Shown here in pieces: positions 13,101 to 28,100 of a stretch of 64,000 nucleotides of DNA. Within the stretch, counting starts at the first letter, position 1. The number at the start of each line of letters is the position of its first letter. The stretch comes from Laetmonice hystrix (Eukaryota), in the NCBI GenBank assembly GCA_965235115.1, contig OZ249437.1:34596001-34660000 (forward strand), given 5' to 3'. The position numbers and the translations under genes were made by a program. The notes under the pieces are model-generated. The model saw only the letters and a list, made by a program, of their open reading frames with translations. It did no database searches and was not told where the DNA came from.

Positions 13101-16100
13101 GATCCCCCACTCTAAGTATCTTCCGGCGTCTATGACACTGCCCAGTACTCAGAGATGAGACTTCCCCCTGTTTGTGTGCTGCCAGTCAGTGTTTTTCTCT
13201 CCCAAACAAGGTTCATCTAGGTTTATAGTGTCTTTCAAAATGCATGCATGAAATTCCACTAGGTAAGGATTAAGATTTCTGTGAGAAACGTAAGAACATT
13301 ATACACTTACTGGGGTCATGTATCTCACTGATAATGTCCCACTGTTGGCAGGGTCGGTGCTGCCGTCCGTCCTGGACTGCACGGGTCTGGGCCCGGTGGT
13401 GGCGATCGTTGTGTGTATCTCACTGATAATGTCCCACTGTTGGCAGGGTCGGTGCTGCCGTCCGTCCTGGACTGCACGGATCTGGGCCCGGTGGTGGCGA
13501 TCGTTGTGTGTATCTCACTGATAATGTCCCACTGTTGGCAGGGTCTGTGCTGCCGTCCGTCCTCGACTGCACGGGTCTGGGCCCGGTGGTGGCGATCGTT
13601 GTGAACGTGTGTATCTCACTGATAATGTCCCACTGTTGGCAGGGTCTGTGCTGCCGTCCGTCCTCGACTGTCCAGGTCTGGGCCCGGTGGTGGCGATCGT
13701 TGTTTGTATCTCACTGATAATGTCCCACTGTTGGCAGGGTCTGTGCTGCCGTCCGTCCTCGACTGCACGGGTCTGGGCCCGGTGGTGGCGATCGTTGTGT
13801 GTATCTCACTGATAATGTCCCACTGTTGGCAGGGTCTGTGCTGCCGTCCGTCCTCGACTGCACGGGTCTGGGCCCGGTGGTGGCGATCGTTGTGTGTATC
13901 TCACTGATAATGTCCCACTGTTGGCAGGGTCTGTGCTGCCGTCCGTCCTCGACTGCACGGGTCTGGGCCCGGTGGTGGGGATCGTTGTGTGTATCTCACT
14001 GATAATGTCCCACTGTTGGCAGGGTCTGTGCTGCCGTCCGTCCTGGACTGTCCGGGTCTGGGCCCGGTGGTGGCGATCGTTGTGTGTATCTCACTGATAA
14101 TGTCCCACTGTTGGCAGGGTCTGTGCTGCCGTCCGTCCTCGACTGTCCAGGTCTGGGCCCGGTGGTGGCGATCGTTGTTTGTATCTCACTGATAATGTCC
14201 CACTGTTGGCAGGGTCTGTGCTGCCGTCCGTCCTGGACTGCACGGGTCTGGGCCCGGTGGTGGCGATCGTTGTGTGTATCTCACTGATAATGTCCCACTG
14301 TTGGCAGGGTCTGTGCTGCCGTCCGTCCTCGACTGCACGGGTCTGGGCCCGGTGGTGGCGATCGTTGTGAAAGTGGTCCCAGACACTGTGCGCTTGGCCC
14401 AGACATACGGTTACATGACAGCTGACGTCCTCTATTATCAGAACGATACCACGGTCCGGTGTGACGCCCGTAAGTTTGCCGCGCCACTTTGATCATGTTT
14501 TTTCTACTTGTATACATACGTAAGCCTACGTTTTCGTATATTATACGTATACATAATAGAGTTGAAGGAGAGGAATCTGGATATCAGGGGCTTTGAGCTG
14601 GGTCAAGTTAGAAAGTTGTATCAGGGGAGAAATTGGTTGCAAACGGCGGGGTGCCGCCCCAACCTTTTGGAACTGCCAATGCAGTGTTGTAGAAAAAAAG
14701 GGCCAGTGACTTGCTTTGCTTGTTCTGCTATGGAATCAATGAAATATCTAGGCCGACATACTGTAGGCTACATAAAGACTACAATATTAGGACTGCCACA
14801 TTCAGCCTGAAAATCTCCAAAGTAATTGATTTTGTTCCTTACTGTACCATACTATTAGACGGTTCTTGTTCCTTTCATTAACAACACAGATGGAATAGAC
14901 ATCAGCGTCACCGACTTTTACTTACGAGAGAGGCCGGAAAGCGTGAACAGGTATAACTGTATGACCCGTGATGAGCCCACCTCCTACACACTCGAGTTAC
15001 AGATCACCCAAGGTGATGGCTCTGACGCCTTCCTCGACCAGGTTCAAAATTTCGACTACGCTTTCTGTCTCTCCATCGGGCCCAACGTCGACCTGCAGAA
15101 CGACTGTGTCATTCAAAAAACCTGTAGGTATTCTCTTTCTGATCTCAAAGTTTACATTAGGGTATGTATACTACACTGGCGCATCCAGGATTTCACTAAA
15201 GGGGGGGGGGGCACAGGAAAATAATTCATTGTTTGCATTACTAAAGCTTTTTTGTTGTATGTAGGACAAGTTACAACCATGTGCTTCATCATGTTCATGT
15301 TGTTATGTGTTTAATCTAAATACGATAAAATTATTTTAAAATGAGTATATAAATGAGCACGTGCCGCCATCCTCCCCCCGATTGTGAATGAGAATGACAT
15401 ATTCCAGGTGATCAAGGGTTAATACTTCTATGTTCACAATAACTTTTAGCTTTGAGATTTCTCGATCCGGTTTTTCAAAATGTAAGATCTTCCTGAAGCT
15501 TGAGCTGAACACGTCCGATTGTATGGTTTGCTAAGAGCAGCCAATCAGAAGCATTGAGATTGAAGATAAGCCAGAACGTACATTTTGAAAAACCAGATCC
15601 TTGTTGTTTTTCAGTTCTTGACCCTACAACTCAAAACGACACGTTCTACAGTGTACTTACCGATCAGAGCACTACGATAAGGCCAAATGGAGACAACCTT
15701 CTCGTGAGAGATGACCAATGGTGCGGGGGCTTCTATTTAACGGTTGTTGTTTTTAGGACAGCCGGCTGGCCAAGCTCGGGATATAGCTGTAAGGAACCTT
15801 TGTATCGAAACCATAGTCTTACAGGCTGATATTGTGTTTGCGAGGCGACAGGATAATTGGGTAAAACTTTAATGTGCAAATGGGACTCGAGATCATATTC
15901 GTATGATAATAAAGAAAATGCCATTGTAACTGAATAGGTCAACCAGTGTGAAATTAGAAAGCTTACAAAAAGGGTAATGAGTTAGGGAGGTAATGGTTGT
16001 TGTACGCCCAGTGAGTGGATTGATGGTTGTTGTACGCCCAGTGAGTGAATTGATGGTTGTTGTACGCCCAGTGAGTGAATTGATGGTTGTTGTACGCCCA

Positions 16101-19100
16101 GTGAGTGAATTGATGGTTGTTGTACGCCCAGTGAGTGAATTGATGGTTGTTGTACGCCCAGTGAGTGGATTGATGGTTGTTGTACGCCCAGTGAGTGAAT
16201 TGATGGTTGTTGTACACCCAGTGAGTGAATTGATGGTTGTTGTACGTCCGGTGAGTGAATTGATGGTTGTTGTACGCCCAGTGAGTGAATTGATGGTTGT
16301 TGTACGCCCAGTGAGTGAATTGATGGTTGTTGTACGCCCAGTGAGTGAATTGATGGTTGTTGTGCGCCAAGTGAGTGAATTGATGGTTGTTGTACGCCCA
16401 GTGAGTGAATTGATGGTTGTTGTGCGCCCAGTGAGTGAATTGATGGTTGTTGTGCGCCCAGTGAGTGAATTGATGGTTTTTGTACGCCCAGTGAGTGAAT
16501 TGACGGTTGTTGTGCGCCCAGTGAGTGAATTGATGGTTGTTGTGCGCCCAGTGAGTGAATTGATGGTTTTTGTACGCCCAGTGAGTGAATTGATGGTTGT
16601 TGTACGCCCAGTGAGTGAATTGATGGTTGTTGTACGCCCTGTCGATAGTATATGAACAATCATCAAGGTAAATGAAGCAGCTATCAGTGTTTTCACAGTG
16701 AGTGAAGCCAATCCTGATGATCCAAGGATAGCCAACAACTTCCACACCATCATGGTTTCTATGTACTGCGATCACGGTTAGTAACTCACTTCTACCGTCA
16801 CCCGTAAGGGACATAGATTTTTTTCACTTTCCAAGATTTTCATACTAAGATCAATTTTGTTTTGTTTTAATTTTTAAGTCTAACGGACTGTTCGGTTTTT
16901 CAAAACTTATCATTCTTGCTTAGATCAACCAGTCAGAAAAGTTTTGAGACATGTTAAAGGTTTTGAAGAATCGGGCCAATGTACTTATGCTACGCAAGCA
17001 TTGCTCTTGGTCTACTTTTGTAATTCCCCCAATTCTATATACTACTCACAGCCACATTGTCACTTGACTTCACTACATTGAATGAACTTTTCCATTACTT
17101 TCAGACATGTTTGTTTTGAATAGCATCAGTAGTACCATGTTAAGGACATTCGATGGTACAACTGCTAACGTAACTTTTAATGCGACTGTGACGAATAGTT
17201 TCATAAATCTCAATTGTATGGGTCAAGATATACCGCCGTCACCAAGAGGAGATCCAAACTTTGAGTTCTTCGTAAGTTACTAATAATAGCTTCTTTGAGA
17301 AGAACCGCAGTGAATGTCTAAGAACTATATTGAAGTAAAATTATGTAATCGTCAAACTGCAAGGAGTAGAAGTCCTAGAATTATTTTTCAGAGATATAAA
17401 GTGAAGGGGTATAAAGAAAGAGCATTGTGGTAAAGAAATTCGCACCATTAGAATTTTTGCTATCGAAATGATAACTTAACGTATGATGTGGATGACGTGT
17501 TAACAGTTCAATAACAGTGTCGGAGAAGTCTGTGTCGAGAAGTTCACGTTCAGTGACGCTGACCAAGCAGCTATGGCCGGTTGGTTTAATTATAACGTTA
17601 CTTCTCGTATCGTCGTCACAAACGTTGAAGCAGTGCTGTGTACCCCGGTCGATGGTCCCACGTTAACCAGGTAAATATACGACTACATTTCAATATGTGA
17701 CATTGTCAGTGCCATATCATGAACGCGACACAATAACATTCACACACTGGCTTTCCTAGCAATATGATCACCAACCATCTAAGTTTGTGATCAATTATCA
17801 GTGGTATATTCAGATTAGTGTATGTTGTATTGAATAGTTGGCACGTAGCAGTACGGAGGGGTGTTGGAGCCCCAGCAAGTTATGTAGACCGGTATATTAA
17901 CAACAACTACCGTGTTATCTCCGGATTTGTAGGTGAGTGAACATGCTCCGTGGGCGTCCGCCCTGTTACGTCATGGCCCCTCCCTTTGTTTTTCCTCCAA
18001 AGTTGTGTTCTTGCTTAAGCTTACCTTGAAGTTTAAGTCATCTGATTGGCTGGTCTAAGGTAATTAGGCACTAAACTAAAGAATTACATTAAAACCGTTT
18101 TATTGTACCAGTTAAATCAGATCGTTATAATTTTTTTTTAACTGGCGGCTCAAGTGGGGGCACGCCCCCCCCCCCCCCCCCCCAATCCTGAAGATGGTGG
18201 GTGGAACAGACTGATTGTATAAAATAGTTTATATCGCATGAGTGACAGTTGTAATAATATCTTACCGTATATTTGTGTAGATGCTGTGAATCACGAAGTG
18301 GCAAGTGTGTCGGTTATCGAACCTGCGTTTCTGGCAAACATTGTCGTCAATCTAACATTGAGGGTAAGACATAACTACAATCTAACATTGAGGGTAAGAC
18401 ATAACTACAATCTAACATTGAGGGTAAGACATAACTACAATCTAACATTGAGGGTAAGACATAACTCCAAACACGAACTCAATGACCATTTTTTCAGGAA
18501 TAAACGCCCAGTTCATTTCAAAGCTCATGTAGGCTAAGAGGGAATAGATCAAGTTTTAATATAAATTGTTATATTATAAAATCTTTTGTATAGAGAAGAT
18601 GTTCGCAACGTCTCCCCTGTAAACCTATACACTTTGGAGTCGATAAATGTCGGCGTATGCTTCCTTACTTACTAACTTACTTTACTAATTGACATACTTT
18701 CTTACTTACATACTTGCTTTCCCGCAGTATCCGGATCTGTACGCCTTCTCCATAAGTGATCTTGTGGTGAAGATATTCTGGTCATCTGACTCTATATATG
18801 ACGACGATGATACGGAGGGGGTCCAACAGTCCATCGCCGCCGAATCTCCAGTGGTCACCGGGTGGCTGGTTGACCACAGCTTCCTCATCACACTGGTCAG
18901 TCGAAAACAGGGCCCTAAACAGCAGTCATTTCATGTCTATAATGTATTTTTTGGAATCTGAACCCCCCCCCCCCGTACGACCCTGTAACTACATTGGCTT
19001 TCATGATAATACTACCTACTTCAGACAGCTACGAACGAAAGGACCCTCTGTGGCTATCGCCATGTCATTGCTACGATTGAAATGAGTTCCTCGGCGACTG

Positions 19101-22100
19101 GCAAAATCGATCTGAATTCGGATGATAATATCGGCTTGGCATCTTTCTTTGTCAATTGTCCAACGGGTACGTAGTCGTTGATACTGACAAAATCTTTAAA
19201 CTGCCCGAAGTAGCCTACTGTCTTTATACTCTTAGGGTTGTTTCTGAGGGTTTATAATATCACGTCGTATACTTTCTCACTGAGAGTGGATTCTTTTTAA
19301 ATCATTATTTCTTTTGGCACCACAGAATTTCCAAATGACCTCTACACCATGGCGGGAACGCTGAGGGTCAGATCTTCCGTTCACCCGGATGTAATTTCTC
19401 TGGTGACGTTGTCAGATGTCGTCGTCAGATATATGTCAGCTCTCGCCAACCGCGAGTTTGATCTCAAGGTATTTCATGAGTTCGCATGTAATTTTGAGAA
19501 ACCCTCAAGTTGCCTTCACCAAACTCCTAAAATGTAGAACCTGCATGGCAGCAATTACCGATACAAGACGTGAAAACGAGATCGACCTTCAGTTGTATGT
19601 GTGTGTGTGTTTTAGATGTATGTTCAAAATGGTGGCCCGTGTGGGAACCCGTTATCCATTGACGTCACACCATCCCATTGGCATTTCGGAGAAAAAGGCC
19701 AAAACATGGATACAGTCACAATTGATAAGGTAAAAATTGTATGAATTTCGTACCGAGTCACAAAGCAGAACTAATAGAACTACGATAGGATCGCACGAGT
19801 GAAGCATAGCGCATAATAAGAAAATGTAGATGTTTATAAATACACAACCCCCCCCCCCCCTAAAAAACAAAAAAACTGGAATTCATAGTCAACCATGTTT
19901 ATAAAAATGTATCACTCTCTTTGACTGGTGGGTTTAATTAAGGTATAATTGTTATATCTCTCCTGGTAGGTCGTTGGCTCCCTTGTCATTCCGAGGGCAG
20001 CATGTGCGGTAGGTATTAACGTTCTCTGTGTCGGAGTGAGAGGCCATCCTGCAGATATCACCTCCAGGATGGAGCATCCTATCAGTAACAATTTCATCTC
20101 GGTCCCCATCAGGTGTGCTGGCAACGGTGAGGTTTATTTAACTGTGGTAAAAGTTCATCATTTCTCTTCAGTTATCTTGTGTATTCAATAGTTTAGATTG
20201 GACATGTGTCTTCACAATCCCAGTTTAACGTGGTATATTTGTTCGTGTTTGTGTTTAAACAGATGAAATAGACCTGTCGTGTGCTACATCTTCTACCGGC
20301 GATGTGCATGTGCAACTTGAAGTTGAAGGCCTTATACCTAAGCCTACGCTGACGGTTGACTATATAAAAACCTCGGGCCTACGTCTGGAGGTGGACGTTA
20401 CATTGACAGGTTCGGAAACAATACCTTTGATTAAGTAGGTCGATAGGCCGTGGCAGAGAAATTACGTTGAAATACCGTGACGTCCTAAAAACGGTAGCGT
20501 CTTCGGTCCCCTTAAAGTAGATAAGGTATCAAATCACACTTGCGCTGATTATTGCTCTGCCATTTTAAATTTCCCGACCGTGTCAGGATACAGCTCTGGT
20601 TGGGACAAGCAGCCTGATACCGCACCAGCCATGTTCAACATCCGACTCGAGATTGTCTGCCACGACGGCAGTCAGAGGAGGGAAATCCCATATGACGTAG
20701 ACCGCCACGTCATCAATGACGTCACGCGAACCTCCAAAACACTCCGCTTAGGTAAGTCCCCTCTCCCTCCCTCCTTCCGGGTGCTGCCGACGTAATGATA
20801 ACTAAACAGTTACCAATGTGACATCAATGTAAACTTTACCACTCTTGAGGAAATGATTTACACGCATTCCACATTTTCTTAGATTGTGAGAGTTTTCCCA
20901 AAGGACAGACTGAATCTTTCACATTTCGACTGTAAAAGAAGAGAAAGACACAGAGAAAGAGAGACAGCGGGGAGAGAAAATGAAACTTACAGTCTGTATT
21001 TTTTCCATGTTTTATATTTTCCTGTTGTCTGTCAACCATGTCACGTAGGTGGAAGGCTTCGTTTGCCCCCAGAAGATTTTTTAGACTTGGTTGGGACCGA
21101 TTGCCAATTTGAGGCAATACTCGATTCCGAAAATCAGATCCAAGAAATGGATGAGACAAACAACCGATGCACCCTCAATGGGGTGACCGTCACCACTTTA
21201 CTGCTGGAAGGTAGGCCAGGAACATCGAGAAATTCATTCCCATCTGGCATCACCAAATTAAACTTCTAGATTAAACTAATCCTAAACACTAAAAATAAGG
21301 CCACCTCGCGTGATCTTGATGCTTCTCGCAAAAATAGTCCGACCTACTGTAACATGACAGTAAGGTGAAAGATTTTACACCAGTAATTTTTACCGGAAAT
21401 GTTAAGGGTGTGTAATTACACCAGTAATTTTTACTGTGTTTTGGAGGTGTCCTCATCAATTCTATATCGAGTTATTTCCCTTCCAGGGATCGATCTGATA
21501 GCCGAGTCGGTGGACGTGACCAGTGCGTCTATGGCCCACGCGATCGTCGCGAGCGACAGTGTCAATAGCTACCTGGTCACATTTACCGTCAAGTACAGCG
21601 TTTTCAAGAACCCGGCCTCGGACGCGATTTACGAGTTTACCTACCGAATCTTCGCCGAGAGTTTGAACGGAACACGGTTTAATGTGACCGAAGAGCCAGT
21701 GGTGGCTAACACGTCCGTCAACTGCGCGGAGTGTAAGCAGCATGAAATTCAACAAAATGTTGTTGAAGTTTATTATGCACCTTTCTTGTTGTACATGTAT
21801 TTAGCACATGCTGGCGTAGCTAGACGTTCCATTATGCCATGATAAAAGTTACATTATTAAAGCATAATGCATTGTTTCGAGTAACAGCCGTGGTTTTAAA
21901 TGAATGCGGCATAACGGTGCGAAATCTTAACGGTAAATGTCGTCTATGCCCTCGGCTACGCTTCGGGCATATGTTACGCCATTACACCGCCTCGAAGGCG
22001 CGCTATATGAAATCCATTAAAAACAGCTTCCTCTGAAAAATCACCAACAGAAATGACGCTGATGTCAGTATAATTAGGTGCTTTAGGATGATCCGTTTAA

Positions 22101-25100
22101 ATGAATCGCATAATTATACCTAGGCCTACTGTCACGATGGCTGTTTCATCGCTGTTTGATTGACAGTCACTCGTACCTTTGTCCTGTCGAGTGGTCCCTT
22201 CTGGCAGCAGTACTGTACGTGGTCAGTGAACATTGCTGCCCACATCAACTTTGACGGCGGACTTACCGAAAGTCTTGAGGTACATCCCAACAACCTGGTG
22301 TGGCGTAGGGTCCATTTCAACTGTATCGGATTTCAAGGTTTGTAACTTCACCGCTTCATACAGTTGTCACTCATTATTGTATGGAGAGTTGTAGCACTTT
22401 CTGTTTTCTCCCTTCCCCTTTCCTTGTTAAATTTTCTGTGCAGGCGTGGGTGTTACTCAGTGCCACCTTCAGCCAGACGACCCTGTTCTGGCGCCATCTA
22501 GCGGTGCCCCCCACTGTCTTCAACTGGCCGTGAAGAATGACGACGACCAGGATGCCGTGGAGTCAGATATCCTAGGACAGCCGGTCTTCGAGGTCTCTCT
22601 CAGCTTCTTACGCGAAGATGAATCTTTCTATCAGGTCGGCTCGGTACGTAGACGTAGGTCGTTGTTTAAAAGACGTCTAGTTAAAGAATATATACTCATC
22701 AAAGACCCACTAAACGATTCTTCATGTTACAACTGAATTTCAAATCAATCAACTGGAGGTAGTATGGTCAGAAAGAAATTATAATGCTGTAATGTTTCGG
22801 AGTTAGTTTGCTCCGTGTATTACTAAGTCCGCCTTGTGAATTCTATTCCAGACAATGACACAACCAAACAACTGGACAAGCAGAGATGAGAGACTCATAC
22901 CACTACCTCCGCTCCAGGTCGTCATTTTCGAGATCTGTACCCACTTTCCCTTCTCACAGGAACTCTGTAACAGTACGTATTTCTGTACAAAATGGTATAG
23001 CAGTACTTCTGTACAAAATGGTATAACAGTACGTGTACTTCTGTACAAAATTGTATAACAGTACTTCTGTACAAAATGGTATAACAGTACTTCTGTACAA
23101 AATTGTATAACAGTACTTCTGTACAAAATTGTATAACAGTACTTCGGTACAAAATTGTATAACTGTACTTCTGTACAAAATTGTATAACAGTACTTCTGT
23201 ACAAAATTATTGTATAACAGTGCTTCTGTACAGAACTGTGACCGTACGTACACCTTTACAAAACTGTATGGTAGTACGAACCCATATACAGTGACGCGCG
23301 TATCATTCTACTGTCGCAATCATTTTTTTCGCCAGTTTCAGAAGCACTTTCTGTCTCTGAACCAAGTTTTCTCATTAAATAAAATGGAATAAGGTTAGCT
23401 ACTGATTTTAGTGGCACGGAGTATCTGCTGCACAATTAACGGAGATAACCTCGATCCTGATCTGACGAACCGAGAAGAAGACAATACATTGTGTAGCCCA
23501 CTCTACGGAGACAATATACTCGTCACATGTGGCCGCGGTGAGCATTCGGATTCTTGCAGCTGAACGCCTTGGATTCGCTGATCGAAGCAGGCCCGTCAAT
23601 CAGAAGTGTTAAGCTTAAGTTCAATTAAGAACGTTTTGAAGAACCCCCCTCCCCCCACCAATCACTGGGATTTCTTATGGGGCTCCTACTCTTAGCGCTG
23701 TATTGGGGATTACATTGCATTTTCACTTTTGGATTCCCAGATCTCGCCATCACAGACGTCAAAATGAACCTATTGAATCACAAGAAAATCTATCACGGAA
23801 TGGACATTAACGTCAGACTTCATATCAATATGAGCCTATCAGGACAAGGATTTGTGAAAGCCGATGATCCACATTTTTATTTCGAAGTAAAGCTGGGAGA
23901 ACACGGGACAGTGTTAGCTTCAGGTTCCGACATCTCATGCCAGGGTCAATGTAAGTGTTGCGTTTTAAGGTGCTAATCTTAATTCTGAGTAAAGATCTGT
24001 TTTTTTTATCTGATGGAAAGGGACTGCATTCTTTCCCCAAAGGCGCTTCTGGTTCTCAGTGGCCCTAAACGAGCCTTCTTTATAATACACGTACCCCCTC
24101 CCCCCAAAGCCAGAAGTTGGTACTTTGCCGGCCCAATAGTCCATTTCCTCACAGATATTCTCCAGTTAATTTTTCACTTGGTTTCTGTCTCTCCAGATTT
24201 GTTGGGTGACTTGGCCGGAGGCACGAGTTTTACCATGAGTTGTGACGTCATACTTCACGTCGAGAGTGCCGTGTGCACGAGCAGCTCTGAGTTCTTTGTC
24301 GGGTTCACGGTCCCGGCTGGTATGGAGAATCTGTTCGCTGACCAGGACCCCACCAACAACCTCTTCTCGTTTCCTGCCGACCAATTAGATTGCACAACAG
24401 GTATATATCAAGGGCGGAGTCCGGGAGGGGGTGTCAGGGACGTTGGGTACGGTCGCTCATAAGTACAAAATCTTCTACGCTGGCAGATTTCTCTTCTGCG
24501 CTGTCCCATTTCTCTTCTGCACCGGCCCATTTCTCTTCTGCGCCGGCCCATTTCTCTTCTGCACTGGCCTATTTCTCTTCTGCACTGGTGCATTTCTCTT
24601 CTTCGAGTAATCTGACTGGAGAAGAGAAGTGGACCAGCGTAGACAAACCTTTTCACTGGCAGATGCCTGTCGTACGCACACATTTCGCTCGTATAGGCGA
24701 GCCCAATGTCCCTTCTCCGCAGGGATTTCTCTTCTATGCTGACTAGATTTCTCTTCTCCAAGAAATGACAAGTAGTAAAGAAATCCGGCCAGCATAGAAA
24801 AGAAATCCTCACAGAGAAGGGAAATTCGGCTACCGTAGTTGAAAACTATGCAGCGTAAGAGAAAATCTGCCAGCCTGTGGGGTTTGTAATTTTCGGCCAC
24901 CGTACATTTCTATTTTGGGTGTTCAGGATGGAGGCCATTTGTGTCCTATATTTTCCAGTATATAGCTAACCATAATTTTTCAGTATTGGTTGATCTGGAG
25001 GCTGTCAGACTGTCACTTCCGTCGGCCGGGTTCCTCCGTAACGATTACACGCCCTTGTATTTTGATCTGCTGACCGTCGCCAAGGTGGGGCCCGGTGGTA

Positions 25101-28100
25101 TAACTGGCCCCTTTCCTTTCAAATGTGATATGTACCTCTCAAAAGACGACGTCCTCGACACTAACACTGATCAGAAGGTAAATTACTAATCATGTGTCCC
25201 TTATTGTCGAGGCCTTCAAGCTAATACATTTTTCATTCATCTATTCACTTAAGTGACTCGGAAATGCTCGATTAATAAAACAGACAATATTAGAAAAATA
25301 AAAATATGCCTATGTGCGCCAACATTATTAGAGATTATAAAGTTGTTAACAATCTTTCGGCTCTATGCTTTTGAGCCTGAAACAAAGAAGACCAAATCAG
25401 AAATGGAGTGAATTTTGGTTTAGATTGAATACGACGGATGTAGTTTCGGTGGGGCGAGGAGGGAGATGGTACGCGACCTGCCGGAGGGCGAGAACACTAT
25501 CAATCTAGGTCACCATCCCTTGATTCTTTACCCGTTGGACTTAGCGCTGTACGGAACCGTCCACCTTATTGTCCACATCGATAGTGGTACGTGGTACATG
25601 TTGTATTCTTATTTTGTTAATGAAGTATATATACATTCCTTGTTAACTAATTATACTACGCAAGGACGCTGGAACCTGCAGGTAGGAGAAAGACACCTCT
25701 ACACGCACCCTGTTGCTGATCGAAAGAAGCGACGAATGGGGCGATGGTTCACATAACATACACATTCACTCATGCTGCATTATAATAGTGTCTGTCACAT
25801 GACTGCATTTTGAATAGATATACGCAGGTCTACATTAATTTGACACATTATCGTGTTGTTCAACGTATGTCTATTAACATACTGTCGCAAGCAAACCTTC
25901 AAACCCCGATATCGGCATAACGATGGTTAAAAATGTATATTTCGTTTCAGACAATGAAATCGAAGAGGTTGATGAAACTAACAATGTTGTTGCTGTTGGA
26001 TTAGAGGTTTCGCCGGTCCATGGTAAGTAAGAACCCATAAAAGTATTTTGGTGTCGGGTTGTTTAAGATATGCGTGTGCGTAAAGAACCACTGCATGGTA
26101 GGTGGGACAGACCGAACTGAGAATAGGCTAGTACTATCCATGAAAAGCGGAGGCCTAGATCTATATCTCTCAATTGTAACCTGCTGGTCACAAGAAGGCA
26201 TTTTGTTCCCAGGATAAAGTTCGCCCTGGTCCCTAAACATCCCCCACATGTGATGACTTGTTCCAGGAGAGTTGGCCGACCATTTGTTCCTAGTCAGTGC
26301 CTCAGCGAGTTTCCAATCGTACCTATACATGGGGTCCGACTACCAGATGACGGTTGACTTGGACCTGCTAGCCCCAGATCCCAGGAAGGATGTTCCCATT
26401 CCTAGTCCCTATCACATCGGGTCTGACGGCCTTGCTTACACTGCCTCATATTCTGTACAGGTAACTCAGCATTCTTTTCTCTTTGGAGTAAATAAAAATA
26501 CCAGAACCATGCATCGTGCAACCTTTCCTCACAATACTTCAACGCTGTGGTTGTAATCAGGGCCCGATTTCCTGATTCCCACGTCCCTTTTTTTGAAACA
26601 GCTTTTAGTGTGATGAGTAGTATATGAAATTGGGGGAAATGACGCCAGTGAACATCAATGGCGTTTGACAAACAGTCTGGATACACTACAGGTCACAGTA
26701 AGACAGCAAAGGTGACTCCGAGGCAAGGCTAGGAGGCCTGGAATTAATGGCACTGGAAGCGTACAGAAGTCGGCCTAACGGTCTTAAAGGGGATACAGTG
26801 TGAAAAATAGTTTTTAACAATTTTTGCAGTGGATCTTATTAAACTCACACGTTACCTCCAATTCCAGGTGTCCTTACGGAAGGAAGCGGAGGATGAGAAC
26901 GAAGTGTTGTTACTTGTCTCCAGTGGACCCTTTGGTATGGTCTACCCACCAAGTTTTAACCGCCGTATACAAGGCGGACAGCGTTCCTCCATCAGGGGTA
27001 TACAGACCACGATAAACTGGGGCGGTGTTTGTAAGGACGTCCGTGCCGTCGATATCTCGCTGCTGGTCGGTGAGTGTTACGATAGGATGTATTAGATGTG
27101 GCAGGAAGGAATCACACTTGTTCCTGACTGGAAACTAGCCGAATTCTTTTTCATGATTAATGTCAGTAATGCCAATATAAAGAGGAATGGACGTATATGG
27201 TTGCTTGTTGCACATTGACGGCCATTGTACATAAATAACACGTCTGTTTTGAAAAGGATATAGCTAAATGATCGTTTTAAATCCCTTAGTCTTTATATAT
27301 GCATAAGTTTTCCAAAGCTGCAAGCAGTGCTACATTGACATCAATCAGATGAGTCCCCATCTTTGTGCTTTTCTGTACCGACTGGTGGCGCCGACTGGCG
27401 GTATAGGCTCTCCATTATTTTATTAGCGGGGCGGGTATTTTCCTTTGATATGAGCCAAACCCTGTAAAGGCAAGAATAAGGTACTGTAAGCCGTGGAGGC
27501 CATGACGACTATACAAGAAGGGTTCCCTCTGAATACGTATCACCCTTGCACACCCTAATATCAACCGATCCCGGATTGTTTCCCTGCGTTCAGGTTTGGG
27601 GATTGAAGACTTTCTGGGAGAGAACCAACGTCGGAGGATTCCCTTCCCGGAAGATGCCAAGCGTTGCTCGGTTAGCATCGGTAGGTGTTGATAACCAGTG
27701 ATAAATTATCTTGCGGATTGCTAAAACGCAATTAAGCGAACATTCTGCATGCCCTGCCGTATAGGATATTGGTTATATGTGCATGATAATCGTATTAATT
27801 CTCGATACGCATTTGAAAACGCCATTTGAATACTTCTGACTCTAAGATTCTTCGAATACTACCGTAACTCCTAGTATTACAGTAATGTACGTTAAACAAC
27901 ATTACTGTATAAATTAAAGGTCTTCAGTCTTTTAAATAGAAGTGGATATAATAATTAGTAAGATATGTTTTTCCTATGACAGATTCTCTGATACAGTTAC
28001 GCCTTAAACGTTTTGCCATATCGTCTATGATTCATCGCGATCGACCCTCACCTGTTGCCCTAGAGATAAGTGCTTTGCTCGGTAGCAGCGCCAAACTGGA

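Noticed and set aside
12949-13135. Possible exon after a 46-nt intron (ORF 12950-13135)
   Set aside because: The required phase-1 frame stops after 13 codons, and 12902 splices in frame to 14308.
13318-14370. CRISPR-like or multi-gene appearance of eleven ~67-aa ORFs
   Set aside because: No unique spacers, no cas genes, eukaryotic context; the units are duplicated intron-exon junction sequence.
15893-16814. Four long ORFs (220-286 aa) such as ([10 protein letters not shown])n and ([10 protein letters not shown])n that look mucin-like
   Set aside because: They are by-products of a stop-free 30-bp minisatellite lying in an intron of the + gene; no signal peptide or splice support.
17245-17253. 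RGD tripeptide (PSPRGDP) in repeat 10
   Set aside because: About one RGD is expected by chance in a ~6,400-aa protein; needs conservation evidence before being called an integrin ligand.
18594-18654. Possible small exon with AG/GT borders
   Set aside because: Inclusion (61 nt) would shift the frame between two phase-0 neighbours.
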